Shown here: piece by piece, positions 23,640 to 36,084 of the stretch | How the letters are laid out: each line of letters starts with the position of its first letter | Numbering within the stretch: position 1 is the stretch's first letter | Program-made: the position numbers and the translations under genes | The notes under the pieces: model-generated | Told to the model about the DNA's origin: nothing | The model's database searches: none | The model's input: only the letters and a program-made list of their open reading frames with translations | Source: Chiloscyllium plagiosum | Lineage: Eukaryota | Length of the DNA: 64,000 nucleotides | Assembly: GCF_004010195.1 (NCBI RefSeq) | Contig: NC_057718.1 | Span: forward strand, 8,925,267-8,989,266 | Direction: 5' to 3'

Positions 23640-23990
23640 AACTCATTAATGAATGTGGGCATTGCTGGCAAGGCCAGTATTTGTTGCTCATCCCTCATTG
23701 CCCTTGAACTGAGTGGCTTGCTCAACCATTTCACAGAAAGGTCAATTACATTGCTGTTGGTCTGGCCCAGTAAGGGTCCCCTTCCCTAAAAGGACATTTG
23801 TGAACCAGATGGGTTTATCCAACAATTGACAATGGACTCATGGTCATCATTGTTCTCGTAATTCTAGATTCTTTATTGAATTCCAATTCTACTGTCTGCC
23901 ACAAGTGGGACTCGATCTTGGATTCCTAGATCATTCCCTGTTTTTCCGAATTAACAGGTGAGGGATAATGTTACTAGGCCATCTCCTTCC
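23640..23990 (-). mobile_element. 350-bp tRNA-SINE family
   Basis: CTTCCCTAAAAGGACATTTGTGAACCAGATGGG..CATGGTCATCATT..CTAGGCCATCTCCTTCC. Confidence 0.8.
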
Positions 23991-24109
23991 CTCTGATAAT
24001 AACTCCAAATAATATTTCAACACAGTTTAAGTTTACATGTTCATGTGAGTGCTATATTTGAGTTGCCTGCACTCCATGAAACTGCCCCAACTAATTACTA
24101 CCTCCTCTT

Positions 24110-24230
24110 ACGTAGATATTTTCTAATCTAACCTGTTTGGAAATGTTATTTTACACACCTTTGGGGTAGATGGGACTTGCACCTGGATCTTCTGGTTCAG
24201 AGGTAGGGACATTACCACTGCGCAACAAGT
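24110..24230 (-). mobile_element. Very short tRNA-derived SINE (about 115 bp)
   Basis: Minus strand GCGCAGTGGTAATGTCCCTACCTCTG..CAAGTCCCA..AGGTGTGT..ACAGGTTAGATTAGAAAATATC; related copies at 37875-38160, 53435-53480 and 58585-58700. Confidence 0.7.
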
Positions 24231-24291
24231 AGCCTGCTCACCTTCTGTATACAATCAATGAAAGCCCAAGAAGTCCTTCATTAATATATTC

Positions 24292-24441
24292 TATTAGGCC
24301 TCAGGCAATCCTTCACATTGTATTAGGCCTCAGGCAATCCTTCATACTGTATTAGGCCTCAGGTAATCCTTTACACTATATTAGACCTCAGGCTTTCCTT
24401 CACACTATATTAGGTCTCAGGTATTCCTTCACACTGTATTA
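24292..24441. repeat. 29-bp minisatellite, about 5 units
   Basis: Unit TATTAGGCCTCAGGCAATCCTTCACACTG repeated head-to-tail with no spacers. Confidence 0.95.
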
Positions 24442-26114
24442 GATGATAACCCCACCTTCCTGCGTGATGTAAGTGATTCCTTGAAAGTTGAAATCTCTGG
24501 CTTAATGTACCAAGGACATGCCATCTGGGCTGGAGAATTCTCTGAATTCCCTGAACTGGAATTCCTGCATGCCTGCTTGCTTTTTAAAGAAAATCCAGGC
24601 CAAACTATATAGGCATGGCATCCAGTCAATGGATGCAGTCAGCAGAGCATGATGTTTCAGTAAGTGAAGGTTATAGGGTGACAGGCTGTTGGCAATGCCT
24701 TGTGTAAATTAGTCAGGGGGCACCTGTCCCTACAACCCTATCCGTCAATGCAGGAGGAGGCCATTCAGCCCCTTATACTCCTCACCATCACTCAACAAAA
24801 CTATGGCTGACCTGAAGATGGGATCAGAAGTTGTTTCTCCAGCCCTTGAAAGGCATAGTGTCCCCTCCAAAGCTCCAGCCTGTGAGCAATGTCCAGTGTG
24901 GCCCCCTTGTGTCATTTTGAACATTCAAGAAGGGAGAAAGGAAAATTGGTGAGATGGAGAGACCAATTATTCTGCCATACCGACCTTTTACAATTGAAAA
25001 CATTTATTGAAATGAACATAGATGGCGAACAAAACTTGGATTAAGCTGGCCGTAACTGTGGGGAGCTTGCTTTATTTACAATGGCCATTTATTTAACAGA
25101 GCCTAGCCGCTGTACAGCAAAGTTCAGTCCCTAACAGCTGAGTAAACTGCCCGATAAAAAGCAATCACTTCCATTCACATAAACTGCACAATAAAAAAAA
25201 ACTTTTGTTCATTGACTTTCTGTGTATACACCCACATGTCCATATTACAAATGGGCTCCATCGCTCCCTCTTATTCCTCCTAGCATGGTGTCTTTGTCTG
25301 TTCCCTTCTGCTTCCTATCATCAGCTGCTCCATTCTGAAGCATTAGTCTGTATGAGTCTGCTGTTAGCTCCTGACTGGCACGATCGATTATAGTGCCCAG
25401 GGTGAGAGATAAAGAGCTTAATCCAAAGTAAATATACCCGAGCAGCTCGTAATGTCACAAACCTGAAGCCTGAAGGGAAACAGCTCATTGTCACAACAAC
25501 AGATCAGTTAATAATTACTTTATGAATATTCGGTGCTCAACGCTTTGAAGAATTTCAGTAAACGTTTCCGTCGCGATGGGATGCTAATGTCCTGACTGTG
25601 TTTCACTGTCCTCGAGATGCTATCACACTGGGTGACATTAATGTACGGGTTCACAAACACATTTGGACAGCGGTCTTTTATCTCCCGAGTTAAACAATGC
25701 GCTAATCCCTCGATTTAAAATAGAGTTACATCCTCGTTTACATAACCATGACACATGCACAGTGGGATCTCCCTCGGGAGAGTCAACGCAAGGGCAAGGT
25801 GGCACCAGCAAACAGAAGGAACTATGAAGCCGTGAGGAGAGGCTGAGTACACTGGGGTCAACATTATATGGGTGTTAGCAGAATGACAGTCTTACTGGAA
25901 CATGGCCAACTCTCCAGTGGCTAAAGAAGGTCAATGGTTCCTCTGCGTACATTAAATGAGATCAGTCATGATCTCATTGAAGAGCATTCTTGATGGGCTG
26001 AATGGCCTACTTAGGCTCCTAAGTCTGATGGTATTCCTCATTCATCCTTGTATATGGATTTCATTAGTCTTTGTGGCCCTGAAATCAATATAATGCAGAG
26101 TAGAGAGTAACTTT

Positions 26115-26515
26115 TATTTGGCATTTCTACCATATACAACTGATGCAGTAAAAACGAGACAGCGTTCCTCCAGGACCGAGGGTGCTACATGGACAGCACA
26201 AAATAGACAATTGTACACAGCATAAAGTGCATAAAAGTGCAAACACACAAGTTCCAGTTTAACAAAGAATAATGAATGATAGACATTTCTCTCACAGCAA
26301 TATGAAAGGATTACAGATGGGAAAGAATCCGATTACACTGTGTGGAGGAGCCTGATGGCCTGGGGGAAGAAACTGTTGCACCGTCTGGCCATGAGAGACC
26401 ATAAGCTCTGGTTTCTTCTGCCAGATGGCAGGAGGGAGAAGAGTTTGAGTAAGGAATGTGCGGGGTCTTCCACAATACTCTCAGTCTTTTGGATGCAGCA
26501 TGCAGAGTAAATGGT
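26115..26515 (-). mobile_element. Rex1/Babar LINE 3' fragment
   Basis: SIVEDPAHSLLKLFSLLPSGRRNQSL..NSFFPQAIRLL. Confidence 0.85.
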
Positions 26516-26640
26516 CCTCTCCTCACTCATCGATGATGCCTGTCACTGACTCACACTAAATCACTGATTGTTGATGAACTATATGTCTTTGATATGGTTT
26601 ACATGGAGTAGTGACTGGGAATACCCTCAAGATCTCACAT

Positions 26641-27587
26641 TTCTGGATGTAAGTTTGCTCACTGAACTGGAAGGCTCGTACGGACCAAACATTGAACTAC
26701 AGAATCAATCATCCCAACACTCACAAACAAAGCTACATTAGAACATTATTTCAAAGACCAACCACACACTGCAGCACAGAGGAACTACACAGAGCAGAGG
26801 AAAATCACCAATACAGCGTATTCAAAAAGAACAGGTACCCAATGAACACATTCCACCGATTTCTGAGCAACAAACCCCAACAAGCAGACAAAACACATCG
26901 AGGGACCCTAGCCACTCTCCCCTACATCAAAGACATCTCGGAAATGGCTGCCAGACTACTCAGACCCCTTGGCATCATGGTAGCCCACAAACCCACCAAC
27001 ATCTTAAAACAGCAGCTAATGAACTTGAAAGACCCTACACAGACAACAAGCAAAACTAATATATTATTTACCAAATACCTTGCAAGAACTGTAACAAGCA
27101 CTACATTGGACAAACAGGTAGAAAACTAGCCACCAGGATACATGAACATCAAATAGCCACAAAAAGACATGACCCACTAGTATCTTTGCATACAGATGAG
27201 GAAGGACATCACTTTGACTGGGACAACACATCCATCCTTGGACTAGCCAAACAGGGACACGCGCCAGAATTTCTCAAAGCACGGCACTCCATCTGGAGCT
27301 CTATCAACAAACACATTGACTTGGATATTATTTACCAACCCCTGAGAAAAAGAACAGGAAATGACACCGCTGCAGGAAATGACATCACCACAGGAAATCA
27401 CATCATAAACCCAAGGAAACCCAAACACATAAATAAAAGGCAGGCCATACCACCAGTGCTTCCCTGGAAGTTCACAGATGGTGTTACCTAGTGTGGTGAC
27501 AAAACGTCTGAAAATGAACCTTCCAGCTCAGTGAGCAAACTTACATCCAAAACCTTAACCTGAGGTACAGATCTTCTCAAAACTCGC
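26641..27587 (+). mobile_element. PLE family B 3' fragment with short inverted 5' piece
   Basis: NHPNTHKQSYIRTLFQR..TLPYIKDISE..; IIYQIPCKNCNKHYIGQTGRKLATRIHEH (GIY-YIG); 26641-26677 inverts 27516-27553; GATCTCA at both flanks. Confidence 0.93.
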
Positions 27588-27879
27588 GATCTCAAACTTT
27601 TGCCACATACAGTGGTGACGTTTTGAGGTTCTGCCTGACCAATGTGAAACAGACTGATAGGTGCATATCAGTTAGTAGTTATAAAAAAATTCTGAATGAT
27701 CAGGTTTCCATTTATGAATATCCATCCTCTTACAATATCAAGGGCTAAATAAGTTGTGTGCATGTCTGAGTGAATGAAAGAGAAGTGGGGCGGCATGAAG
27801 AGAAATGGAATGGTGACTGGTGACCAACACTTAGAATCAAAAATAGACACCACGGTGTTGAAACTGGAACATGGCCTTC

Positions 27880-28465
27880 ATAGAATCATAGAATGCCTAC
27901 AATGCAAAAAGAGGCCATTCAGCCCATCGAGTTTGACCCTCCGAAGAAGAGTATCCCACCCAATTCATCTAACTTGCACATCACGGGACAATTTAGCACA
28001 ATGGCCAATCCATCTAACCTGCACGTGTGAAATACGCACAGACACAGGGAGAATGTGCAAACTCCACGCAGACACCTCAAGGTGGAATCAAATCCCAGTC
28101 CCTGGTGCTGTGAAGCAGCAGTGCTAACCACTGAGCCCTCTTAAAAGATCACCTCTTGTTCTTAGAATCTGTATAGTGCAGGTAGAAGCTATTTGGCCCA
28201 TCAGGTCTGCACTGATCCTCCAGAGAGTATCCCACTCAATCCCTGTAACCCCACATTTACCATCACGAACCTACTTAGCTTACATCTGGACAGTACAGGG
28301 TAATTTAACATGGCCAAACCACTTAACCTACACACCTAAAGTGAACCCACTCAGACACGGGGAGAACATCCAAACCTGACCCAGACAGTCGCCCGAGGCT
28401 AGAATCGACCCTAGTTCCCCAGCACGGTGAGGCAGTGATGCTAACCACAGAGCCACGATGTCACC
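27880..28465 (-). mobile_element. Two tandem HE1-type SINEs (27880-28135, 28165-28465)
   Basis: CAGACACAGGGAGAATGTGCAAACTCCAC; GCAGTGCTAACCACTGAGCC heads. Confidence 0.85.
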
Positions 28466-29609
28466 CAATTGAGGGGCTTGTTTCCCTTTTATACCTCACC
28501 TTAAAATTAAGCTCCTTGACCAACCTAATGTTTTAATATCTCCTTCCTGTTGGTTCAACATCCATTATTTTGGCAATGTCTTGTGTTCAGCTTAGCATAT
28601 TTATCTTCTTGTAAGGAGCTGCACAATAGCGAGTTGCCAATCTAAACTCTTCCTACGATCAGACTCTATGTGTATCCTAAGGGACATTTTGCCCACTTGC
28701 TGCCTCAAAGTTTCAGTCTACAGACACACACACACGTCAGCACAAAGGTAGGGCAACTGGTTTCCCAGAAGGTTACAGCTCTGTTTGCTAGCTCTCTCCC
28801 GGTTCATGGTGACAATCAATTAAATGCACTCTCCTGTTTTCTCACAAACTGGTAAATAGACTTGAGGAACTGAGTCTGGGTTATGACATTAGCACAAAAT
28901 ACTCACAAGGTCACAACTATGTAAGAGAAGGGAATTAAAATCAGTGGAGCTACCCTCATTAAAACCCATCATGCTCGAGAGGTCTTAGCATTACAGCTGT
29001 CAGTGTTAATACAGCTCTCTGACACTCTGAGAGACAGGAGTTTCACTGAGGCATTCCAATTATGACATTGAGACTCACCGTTGAAGCCAAAAGATGGACT
29101 TGCTTTTAAATCAACAGGAAATCTAAAAACTGGGCATTAAATACTCATCACTATTCCTTTCCACTGCCCTAGGACATCAATCACTCCGTAACTATAAACC
29201 TTTCCTGTAAAAAAGTCAAGGGTAAGCTTTACAGAGATTCAAGGCATTTAGAATGGCCTACAATTTTAACACAGCAGATACTCTGATGACCATTCGGAAA
29301 AAGGCGAATTCGGTATGTTGCTAGCACCTCTGCATTCTCATGTGTTGTCTCATAACCCAAATCGCACGTTTCTCGTTACCTTAAAATTCCCTTCCGTACT
29401 TTGATTGTTCTTTCCAAAGTTAGGTACACAGGACTGGAAGGGGATATCTTAATTGCAGTCAAACCAATTACATGTATGGAGTTAACTATACCCCTATTCT
29501 GCTGTAATCCATAGTCTATTGATTACACACAGAATCCAATTTTATCTCTTCCTTTAATTCATCAAGATTTCACCCTCTCATTCACCCGTAATTTCTGGCA
29601 CTGCTTAAA

Positions 29610-29870
29610 ATTGTAGAATCCCTGCAGTGTGGAAGCAGGTTATTCAGCCCATCGACCCTTCAAAGAAGATCCTACCTAGACCAACTCCATCACCTCACAT
29701 TTCCCATGGTCGATCCACTCTAGCCTCCACATCTTTGGACTGTAAGAGGAAACTGGGGCACCCAGACATAGGAAGAATATGCAAACTCCTGACAGGCAGT
29801 CACCTGACGGTGGTATCGAACCAGGGTCCGTGGTGTTGTGAGGTAAGCAGTGCTAACCACTGAGCCACCC
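29610..29870 (-). mobile_element. HE1-type SINE
   Basis: ACATCTTTGGACTGT..GCAAACTCC..GTGCTAACCACTGAGCCACC. Confidence 0.85.
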
Positions 29871-30309
29871 TTGCTCAGGCCATCTCATTCTATTGACTGA
29901 GTGGTGACCAGGCAAAGGTTGGGATGGGATCTCCTCTTTCGGTCCCAAAGCCAATTGTAGGGCACACCACCCCCCCGCACTCCCCACCCCCCGCCGCCCA
30001 CTCAGAAAATATTCTCCCACCTCAGTTTCCCCTCCACCATTGGATCTGTCCACTTCAGAATGACTGATTTTCCACACCAGTCCCACCCCCCACTCTGCTA
30101 TCTTGATCCCTGCCCCACCCACCCCGTTACCTCAAACCCCAGCAGAGCTCCTTTCCCTCTAGGGCCTGCTGCAGTTCCCAATAGTGACCACTGCCCGCTG
30201 TGGCGCTGCTGGGACAGAGAGCCATCCATCGATTGAGTGCACAGATGTGGAAGATCCTCATTGATGTGAGCAAAAGTCTCACCTCAAGCCAATAACTGAC
30301 CTAGCCTCA

Positions 30310-30600
30310 GAGTTCATAGAATCCCTATAGCATGGAAACAGGCCCTTCAGCCCAATAAGTCCACACTGACCTTCCAAACAGCAGCCCATCCAGACCCATT
30401 CCCCTACTGTTACTCCTGACTAATGCACCAAACACTATGGGCAATTTAGCATGGCTAATTCATCTAACCTGCACATCTGTGGTAGGAAATCCATACAAAA
30501 CATGCAAACTCCAACCAGACAGTTGCCCAAGGCTGGAATTGAACCCAGGCCCCTGGCACTGTGAGGTAGCAGACCTAACCACTAAGCCATTGCACTACCC
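30310..30600 (-). mobile_element. HE1-type SINE
   Basis: CACTATGGGCAATTTAGCATGG..GCAAACTCC..GGCTGGAATTGAACCC. Confidence 0.85.
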
Positions 30601-30962
30601 CAGTTGCTCGGGCATGGGTTGGTCCAGCAAGGCTATTCCCTGACTCTTAATCTGGAGGGGGTGTTAGGAACCCTATACCTAGCTTTACATTCAATGATGA
30701 AAGACTATCTTAACATTAACTGTTCCCAAGTATTTGAAATGGTCTGATTTTGATATTGTGCCCCCTTTAACCATTGAGCCCCGCCCCTCCAACCGCCAAA
30801 TCGTCTCCGCCACATCTGCTCCCAGGAGGACCAGTTCCAAAACCGTACAACCCAGATGGCCTCCTTCTTCAAGGACCGCAATTTCCCCCCAGACGTGGTC
30901 GACGATGCCCTCCACTGCATCTCCTCCACTTCCCGATCCTCCGCCCTTGAGCCCCGCCCCTC

Positions 30963-31471
30963 NNNNNNNNNNNNNNNNNNNNNNNNNNNNNNNNNNNNNN
31001 NNNNNNNNNNNNNNNNNNNNNNNNNNNNNNNNNNNNNNNNNNNNNNNNNNNNNNNNNNNNNNNNNNNNNNNNNNNNNNNNNNNNNNNNNNNNNNNNNNNN
31101 NNNNNNNNNNNNNNNNNNNNNNNNNNNNNNNNNNNNNNNNNNNNNNNNNNNNNNNNNNNNNNNNNNNNNNNNNNNNNNNNNNNNNNNNNNNNNNNNNNNN
31201 NNNNNNNNNNNNNNNNNNNNNNNNNNNNNNNNNNNNNNNNNNNNNNNNNNNNNNNNNNNNNNNNNNNNNNNNNNNNNNNNNNNNNNNNNNNNNNNNNNNN
31301 NNNNNNNNNNNNNNNNNNNNNNNNNNNNNNNNNNNNNNNNNNNNNNNNNNNNNNNNNNNNNNNNNNNNNNNNNNNNNNNNNNNNNNNNNNNNNNNNNNNN
31401 NNNNNNNNNNNNNNNNNNNNNNNNNNNNNNNNNNNNNNNNNNNNNNNNNNNNNNNNNNNNNNNNNNNNNNN
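30963..31471. other. Assembly gap (N run)
   Basis: N characters. Confidence 1.
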
Positions 31472-31550
31472 ACCTATCGCATTTCCAATGCCCCTCCCCC
31501 AAGTCCCTCCTCCCCACCTTTTATCTTAGCCTGCTGGACACACTTTCCTC

Positions 31551-31586
31551 ATTCCTGAAGAAGGGCTTATGCCCGAAACGTCAATT
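31551..31586 (+). ncRNA. Minimal hammerhead ribozyme motif (PLE family A)
   Basis: AUUC-CUGAAGA-A-GGGC(UUAU)GCCC-GAAA-CG-UC; core intact, stem I weakened. Confidence 0.7.
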
Positions 31587-31729
31587 CTCCTGTTCCTTGG
31601 ATGCTGCCTGACCTGTTGCGCTGTTCCAGCAACACATTTTCAGCTCTGATCTCCAGCATCTGCAGTCCTCACTTTCTCCCCTTTAACCATCCCCTCTTGA
31701 AGGTATGACAAAGACCAGTCCTTGGTGTC

Positions 31730-31830
31730 TCAGTTCTGAGGAAGAGTCACTGGACCCAAAACGTTAACTCCGACTTCTCTCCACAGATGCTGCCAGACTT
31801 GCTGAGCTTTTCCAGCAATTTCTGGTTTTG
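31730..31830 (+). mobile_element. PLE family D terminal repeat with degenerate hammerhead
   Basis: AGUU-CUGAGGA-A-GAGUC(ACUG)GACCC-AAAA-CG-UU-AACU: stem I AGUU/AACU pairs perfectly, GAAA mutated to AAAA. Confidence 0.7.
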
Positions 31831-32489
31831 GTACCTCCTGGATCTCTGGTACACAGTGTGCACCCTTCAGGTTGGAAAACATCCAATTATAACAGTTTAT
31901 TGTCCATTAAACAACCTCTTCTTTGAAACTTGTGTGTCTTCATATCATCAGCCAACCTCTGGAGCAACACCCGCTCAAAAGCTGGTTGGAAATCCTAGTC
32001 TATATTATTCATGACATTTCTAATGAATTCCGTCACTTCATTCAAGAAATTAATTTCGTTTGTCAGCCTTCATACTGACTGTGGTTAATAAGCCCACACC
32101 CTTCTATCAGAATATAAATTCAATCACTTTGCTCACCATGGCCTGACTGCTTGATTTTTTTTGATTTATCACCGTCTCTCACTTTCTGAACAGACGCTGC
32201 ATTGACATCGCTCCAGTCCCCTCCATATCCACAGGTGCTTGGAAAGTTGTGGATGCAGCTTCGTCATCTCCTCCCTGACTTCACTCAACATCCGCAAATC
32301 GGATTAAGACACAGAGTTCTTCCATTTCAATCTCCTGCATTTTTCAGTGTGATTCCCTTGTCTAACGTTATCATTTTCACCAGCCTCTGCCCTGGCACCT
32401 TTTTTGCCCATTATTGTACCAAACTCACCTGTCAAGATCAGAACAAAATACCAACAGTGACCCTGGTATCCCCTAGTCATGGATTGGTT

Positions 32490-33060
32490 ACACACAGAAG
32501 AAGGCCATTCAGCACTGGCTCTCCAAATGAGCACTTCACCTAATGCCGTTCTCCTGCCTTGTCCATGTCACATTCCTGCACATTCCACCTTTCACACAGC
32601 TACTCCCTGAAAGTTGCAAGTGACTCTGCCTCTATCAAGCTCTAAGACAGCCCATTACAAATCTGAAATCACTCACTGTGTGATAACGTTTCTGTTCATT
32701 TCACTATTCCTTCTTTTACCAACCACCTTCAGTTAGTGCCCTTTCTTGTTCTCAATGCTTCCACCACTGGGAACAGTTCCTCTCTCTCTCCACTCTGTCC
32801 AGACCCACTCCTGATTTTGAGCATCTCTATTAAATATTCACTCACCACCCCTCTATTCCAAGGACAATACTTTCAACTTCTCCAACCTGTCTGTGTAACT
32901 GAAATTCCTCATTACTGGAACCGTTCCTGTGCATCTTTTCAGTAGCCTGTCCAATGCCCTCCCATCCTCCCTGGGGTGTGATGTGCACAGCTGAACATGA
33001 TATACCAGCTGAAGGTACACCAGGATGGTCAAGAAATTGAACAGAACCTCCCTGCTCTTC
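32490..33060 (-). mobile_element. Old CR1 LINE 3' fragment
   Basis: KSREVLFNF..VYLQLVYHVQL..NFSYTDRLEKLKVLSLE. Confidence 0.75.
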
Positions 33061-33257
33061 AAGAAGTCAGCCTTTTTGACTTATTAGCTTCAATCTGTTT
33101 TTGGTTATTATTTTACTCTTTATGTGTTTCATAAAACTTGAAACACATCAAACATCCATCTAACCTTGCTGCATTGTAAGCCTCTCAATACTTACTTCCT
33201 CTTGGTTTGCTCCTGACAGGCTGGTAATTAGTGAATTATTGCTAGTGAATTGGGTAG

Positions 33258-33510
33258 ATCAGTGGTTAGCACTGCTGCCTTACCATACCAGGGACCTAGG
33301 TTCGGTTCCAATCTTAGGCACGTTCTTCCCCTGTGTCTGTCTCGGCTTCCTCCGGGTGCTCTGGTTTCCTCCCACAGTCTGAAAATGTGCAGCTTAGGTG
33401 GATTGGCCGTGGGAACTGTGAAGTTACAGGGATGTAGCGCTGTGTGTGGAATGCTCTTCAGGGGGTCAGTGTAGACTTAATGGGCCAAATGGCACATTTC
33501 CAGGGGTTCA
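33258..33510 (+). mobile_element. HE1-type SINE
   Basis: CAGTGGTTAGCACTGCTGCC..CTCCGGGTGCTCTGGTTTCCTCCCACAGTC. Confidence 0.85.
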
Positions 33511-34216
33511 CTGGACAATTGGAAACCTGATGCTGTGTGATTTTTAACTTTGTCCACCCCTGTCCAACACTGGCACCTCCACATCGTGCGTGGAAACAGG
33601 CATTGGAGAGCAGCGTTCCCTTCCACACGTTTTTGATTTGAGTGTCCAACACAGTAATGGGTTCAACAAGAGGGCCTTACTAAAGTGAACTCAAGATGTG
33701 TTCCCCGAAGGTGTGTGCCTCATGGTAGACATCACATGACCATGGCAGACTACGAGTGACATTTCTACATATTACATTTCAATTCAAGCATCTGCCTTTT
33801 TACACAGAAGAGAAAAAGGAATGCGTTATTATGTACATTTTGAGTTACCCAAATTATCAACTATATACATGACTAGTCTCACACGTTAGCAATTTGTTAT
33901 TCCCATCAGTCTATATATATAAATGCATGGGAATTGAATCATGTTGGGTTTTTTCTGGTACATGTGTGTTATCATTGGCTGATAATCTGAGTGATATTAT
34001 TTCCTCAGAAAGTGTCATTCATTCTTGCTCGAGCTCACTATTGTTCTGTTTCAGTTGTTTGGTTAGTTATGGACCTTTGAGACTGATGTAATCAGTTGGT
34101 GTGCAATCTTTGCAGATAGTGCACTCACCTCTTCCTGAGCAGCCACCTGCAACTGAAGAACAGTTTCTTGCTCTGACAACGGTGCTTTCCCCAGACTGAA
34201 CATGCAGTCTGTCATG

Positions 34217-34530
34217 TGGGTGGCATGGAGTGGCTCAGTGGTTAGCACTGCTGCCTCCTAGCACTAGGGACCCAGGTTCGATTCCAGCCTTGGGTGATTG
34301 TCTGTGTGGAGTTTGCACATTCTCCCTGTGTCTGTGTGGGTATCCTCCCACTTTGGATTCAGTGAATTGGCCATGCTAAATTACCCACAGTGTTCATAAA
34401 TGTGCAGGTTAGGTGCATTCAACAGGGGTTAATAGAGTAGGGGAATGGGTCTGGGTGGGTTAATCTTCGGAGGGTGGGTATGGACCTGTTGGGCTGAACG
34501 GTCTGTTTCCACACTGTAGGGATTCTATGA
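34217..34530 (+). mobile_element. HE1-type SINE
   Basis: GTGGCTCAGTGGTTAGCACTGCTGCC..GGTTCGATTCC..TGTCTGTGTGGAGTTTGCACATTCTCCC. Confidence 0.92.
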
Positions 34531-35077
34531 TTAATCTGTAGCGTTTGTAGCCTGCTCTTTGTTCATTCTGGTTATGCCCTTTGTGCCTGGAGGATCTGTC
34601 AGCTTAATGCAAGACCTGGTCTACTCGGCCATGAATATGCTTGATCTGCTAATTCACTTCATTGCTTTCCTGTGTCCAAGTTTCTCTTCCCTCAGTAGGT
34701 GTGCTTTCAATGCCTATGCCGAATACAACGTTGTCTTTGATTAGATTAGCATTTGAACAAACTCACAGGATACTGCAAGTGGAGTTAACAACACAATGCT
34801 TTGTTCAATGGACTCTTTTTCACTTTGGCCCTGAATATGTAATATGTGCGTTGATATGTAACATTCACTTGGGCTCAAAGAGTGTTTTCAAAGCTGCTTT
34901 GCACTTTTCTGCTCTTTGTAGAGATTTAGGTGGAATATATTTCAGATAGTTTCTTTCCAACAGTGATAAAAGAGCTACAATATCTAACCGGCTTGCTCAA
35001 CAAAACTGTCATAACGTCATAATTCTCCCATTGTACATGGAAGAAATTCCAGTTTTGCTTAATATTGCTTGTCATTG

Positions 35078-35740
35078 AGTCATAGAGCTGACCAGATATC
35101 CTAAATTAATCTAGTCCGATTTGCCAACATTTGGTCCATATCCCTCTAAACCCTTCCTATTCATATACCCATCCAGATGCCTTTTAAATGCTGTAGTTGT
35201 ACCAGTCTCCACCACTTACTCTTCCACACACATACCAAAATGTTGCCCCTTTATGTCACCTTTAAATTTTTCCCCTCTCATCTTACATCTATGCCCTCTA
35301 GTTTTGGGCACACTCATCCCGGGAAAATGACCTTGCTATTTACCCTATCTGTACCTCTCATGATTTTATAAACCTCTATAATGTCACCCCTTAGCCTCCA
35401 ATGTTCCAGGGAAAACAGCCCCAGCCTATTCAGTCTCTCCCTATAGCTCAAGCCTTCCAATCCCAGCAACATCCTTGCAAATCCCTCCTGAACCCTTCCA
35501 AGTTTCCCAACATCTTTCCTCTAGCAGAGAGACCAGAGTCAAACACAGTATTCCAAAAGTGGCCTAACCAATGTCCTGTACAACCGCAATACGACCTCCC
35601 AACTCCTGTACACAATGCGCTGACCAGTAAAGGTAAGCATATCAAACGCCTTCTCCACTATCCTATCTACCCACGACTCCACTTTCAAAGAACAATGAAC
35701 CTGCACTCCAAGCTCTCTTCAGTTGGCAACACTCCCCAGA
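35078..35740 (-). mobile_element. CR1/HER1 LINE 3' fragment
   Basis: Same sequence family as 18867-19498. Confidence 0.9.
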
Positions 35741-35849
35741 TGGTTTAGGTTACCACTATGATTTGGGTGGAGGTGGGATGGTGGCTTGGCCCTGACCTAC
35801 AACACACACGGATCAATAGCCATACCATCTCACTGCTAATGACACGATT

Positions 35850-35946
35850 CACATTCCTCATGAAGGGCTTATGCCCGAAACGTCGATTCTCCCGCTCCTC
35901 AGATGCTGCCTGACCTGCTGTGCTTTTCCAGCACCACACTCTTTGA
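35850..35946 (+). mobile_element. PLE family A terminal-repeat fragment
   Basis: ATTC-CTCATGA-AGGGCTTATGCCC-GAAA-CGTC (core G mutated to C) then GATGCTGCCTGACCTGCTGTGCTTTTCCAGCACC. Confidence 0.85.
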
Positions 35947-36084
35947 CAAGAATCTTACCCACTGTCAACAAGGGATATGGGAAGAAAGTGTGACTGTAGC
36001 ATTGAGCTAGAGGATCAACCATGATTATATTGAGTAGTGAAGCAATTATGATGGCACGAATTGACAGGGTCATCACTGTTGCTT

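Larger units (their letters stand above)
30775..31677 (+). mobile_element. PLE family A 3' insertion (gap inside) with 13-bp TSD
   Basis: RLRHICSQEDQFQNRTTQMASFFKDRNFPPDVVDDALHCISSTSRSSALEP; family A terminal repeat; TSD CCCCTTTAACCAT at 30762-30774 and 31678-31690. Confidence 0.9.

Noticed and set aside
24292..24441. CRISPR-like 29-bp repeats
   Set aside because: Head-to-tail units with no unique spacers, no cas genes, vertebrate context
30705..31611. 250-270 aa ORFs
   Set aside because: Mostly X from the assembly gap; the real part is PLE sequence
34217..34290. tRNA gene
   Set aside because: A/B-box head continues directly into the HE1 SINE body; no complete cloverleaf. The same applies to the other SINE heads
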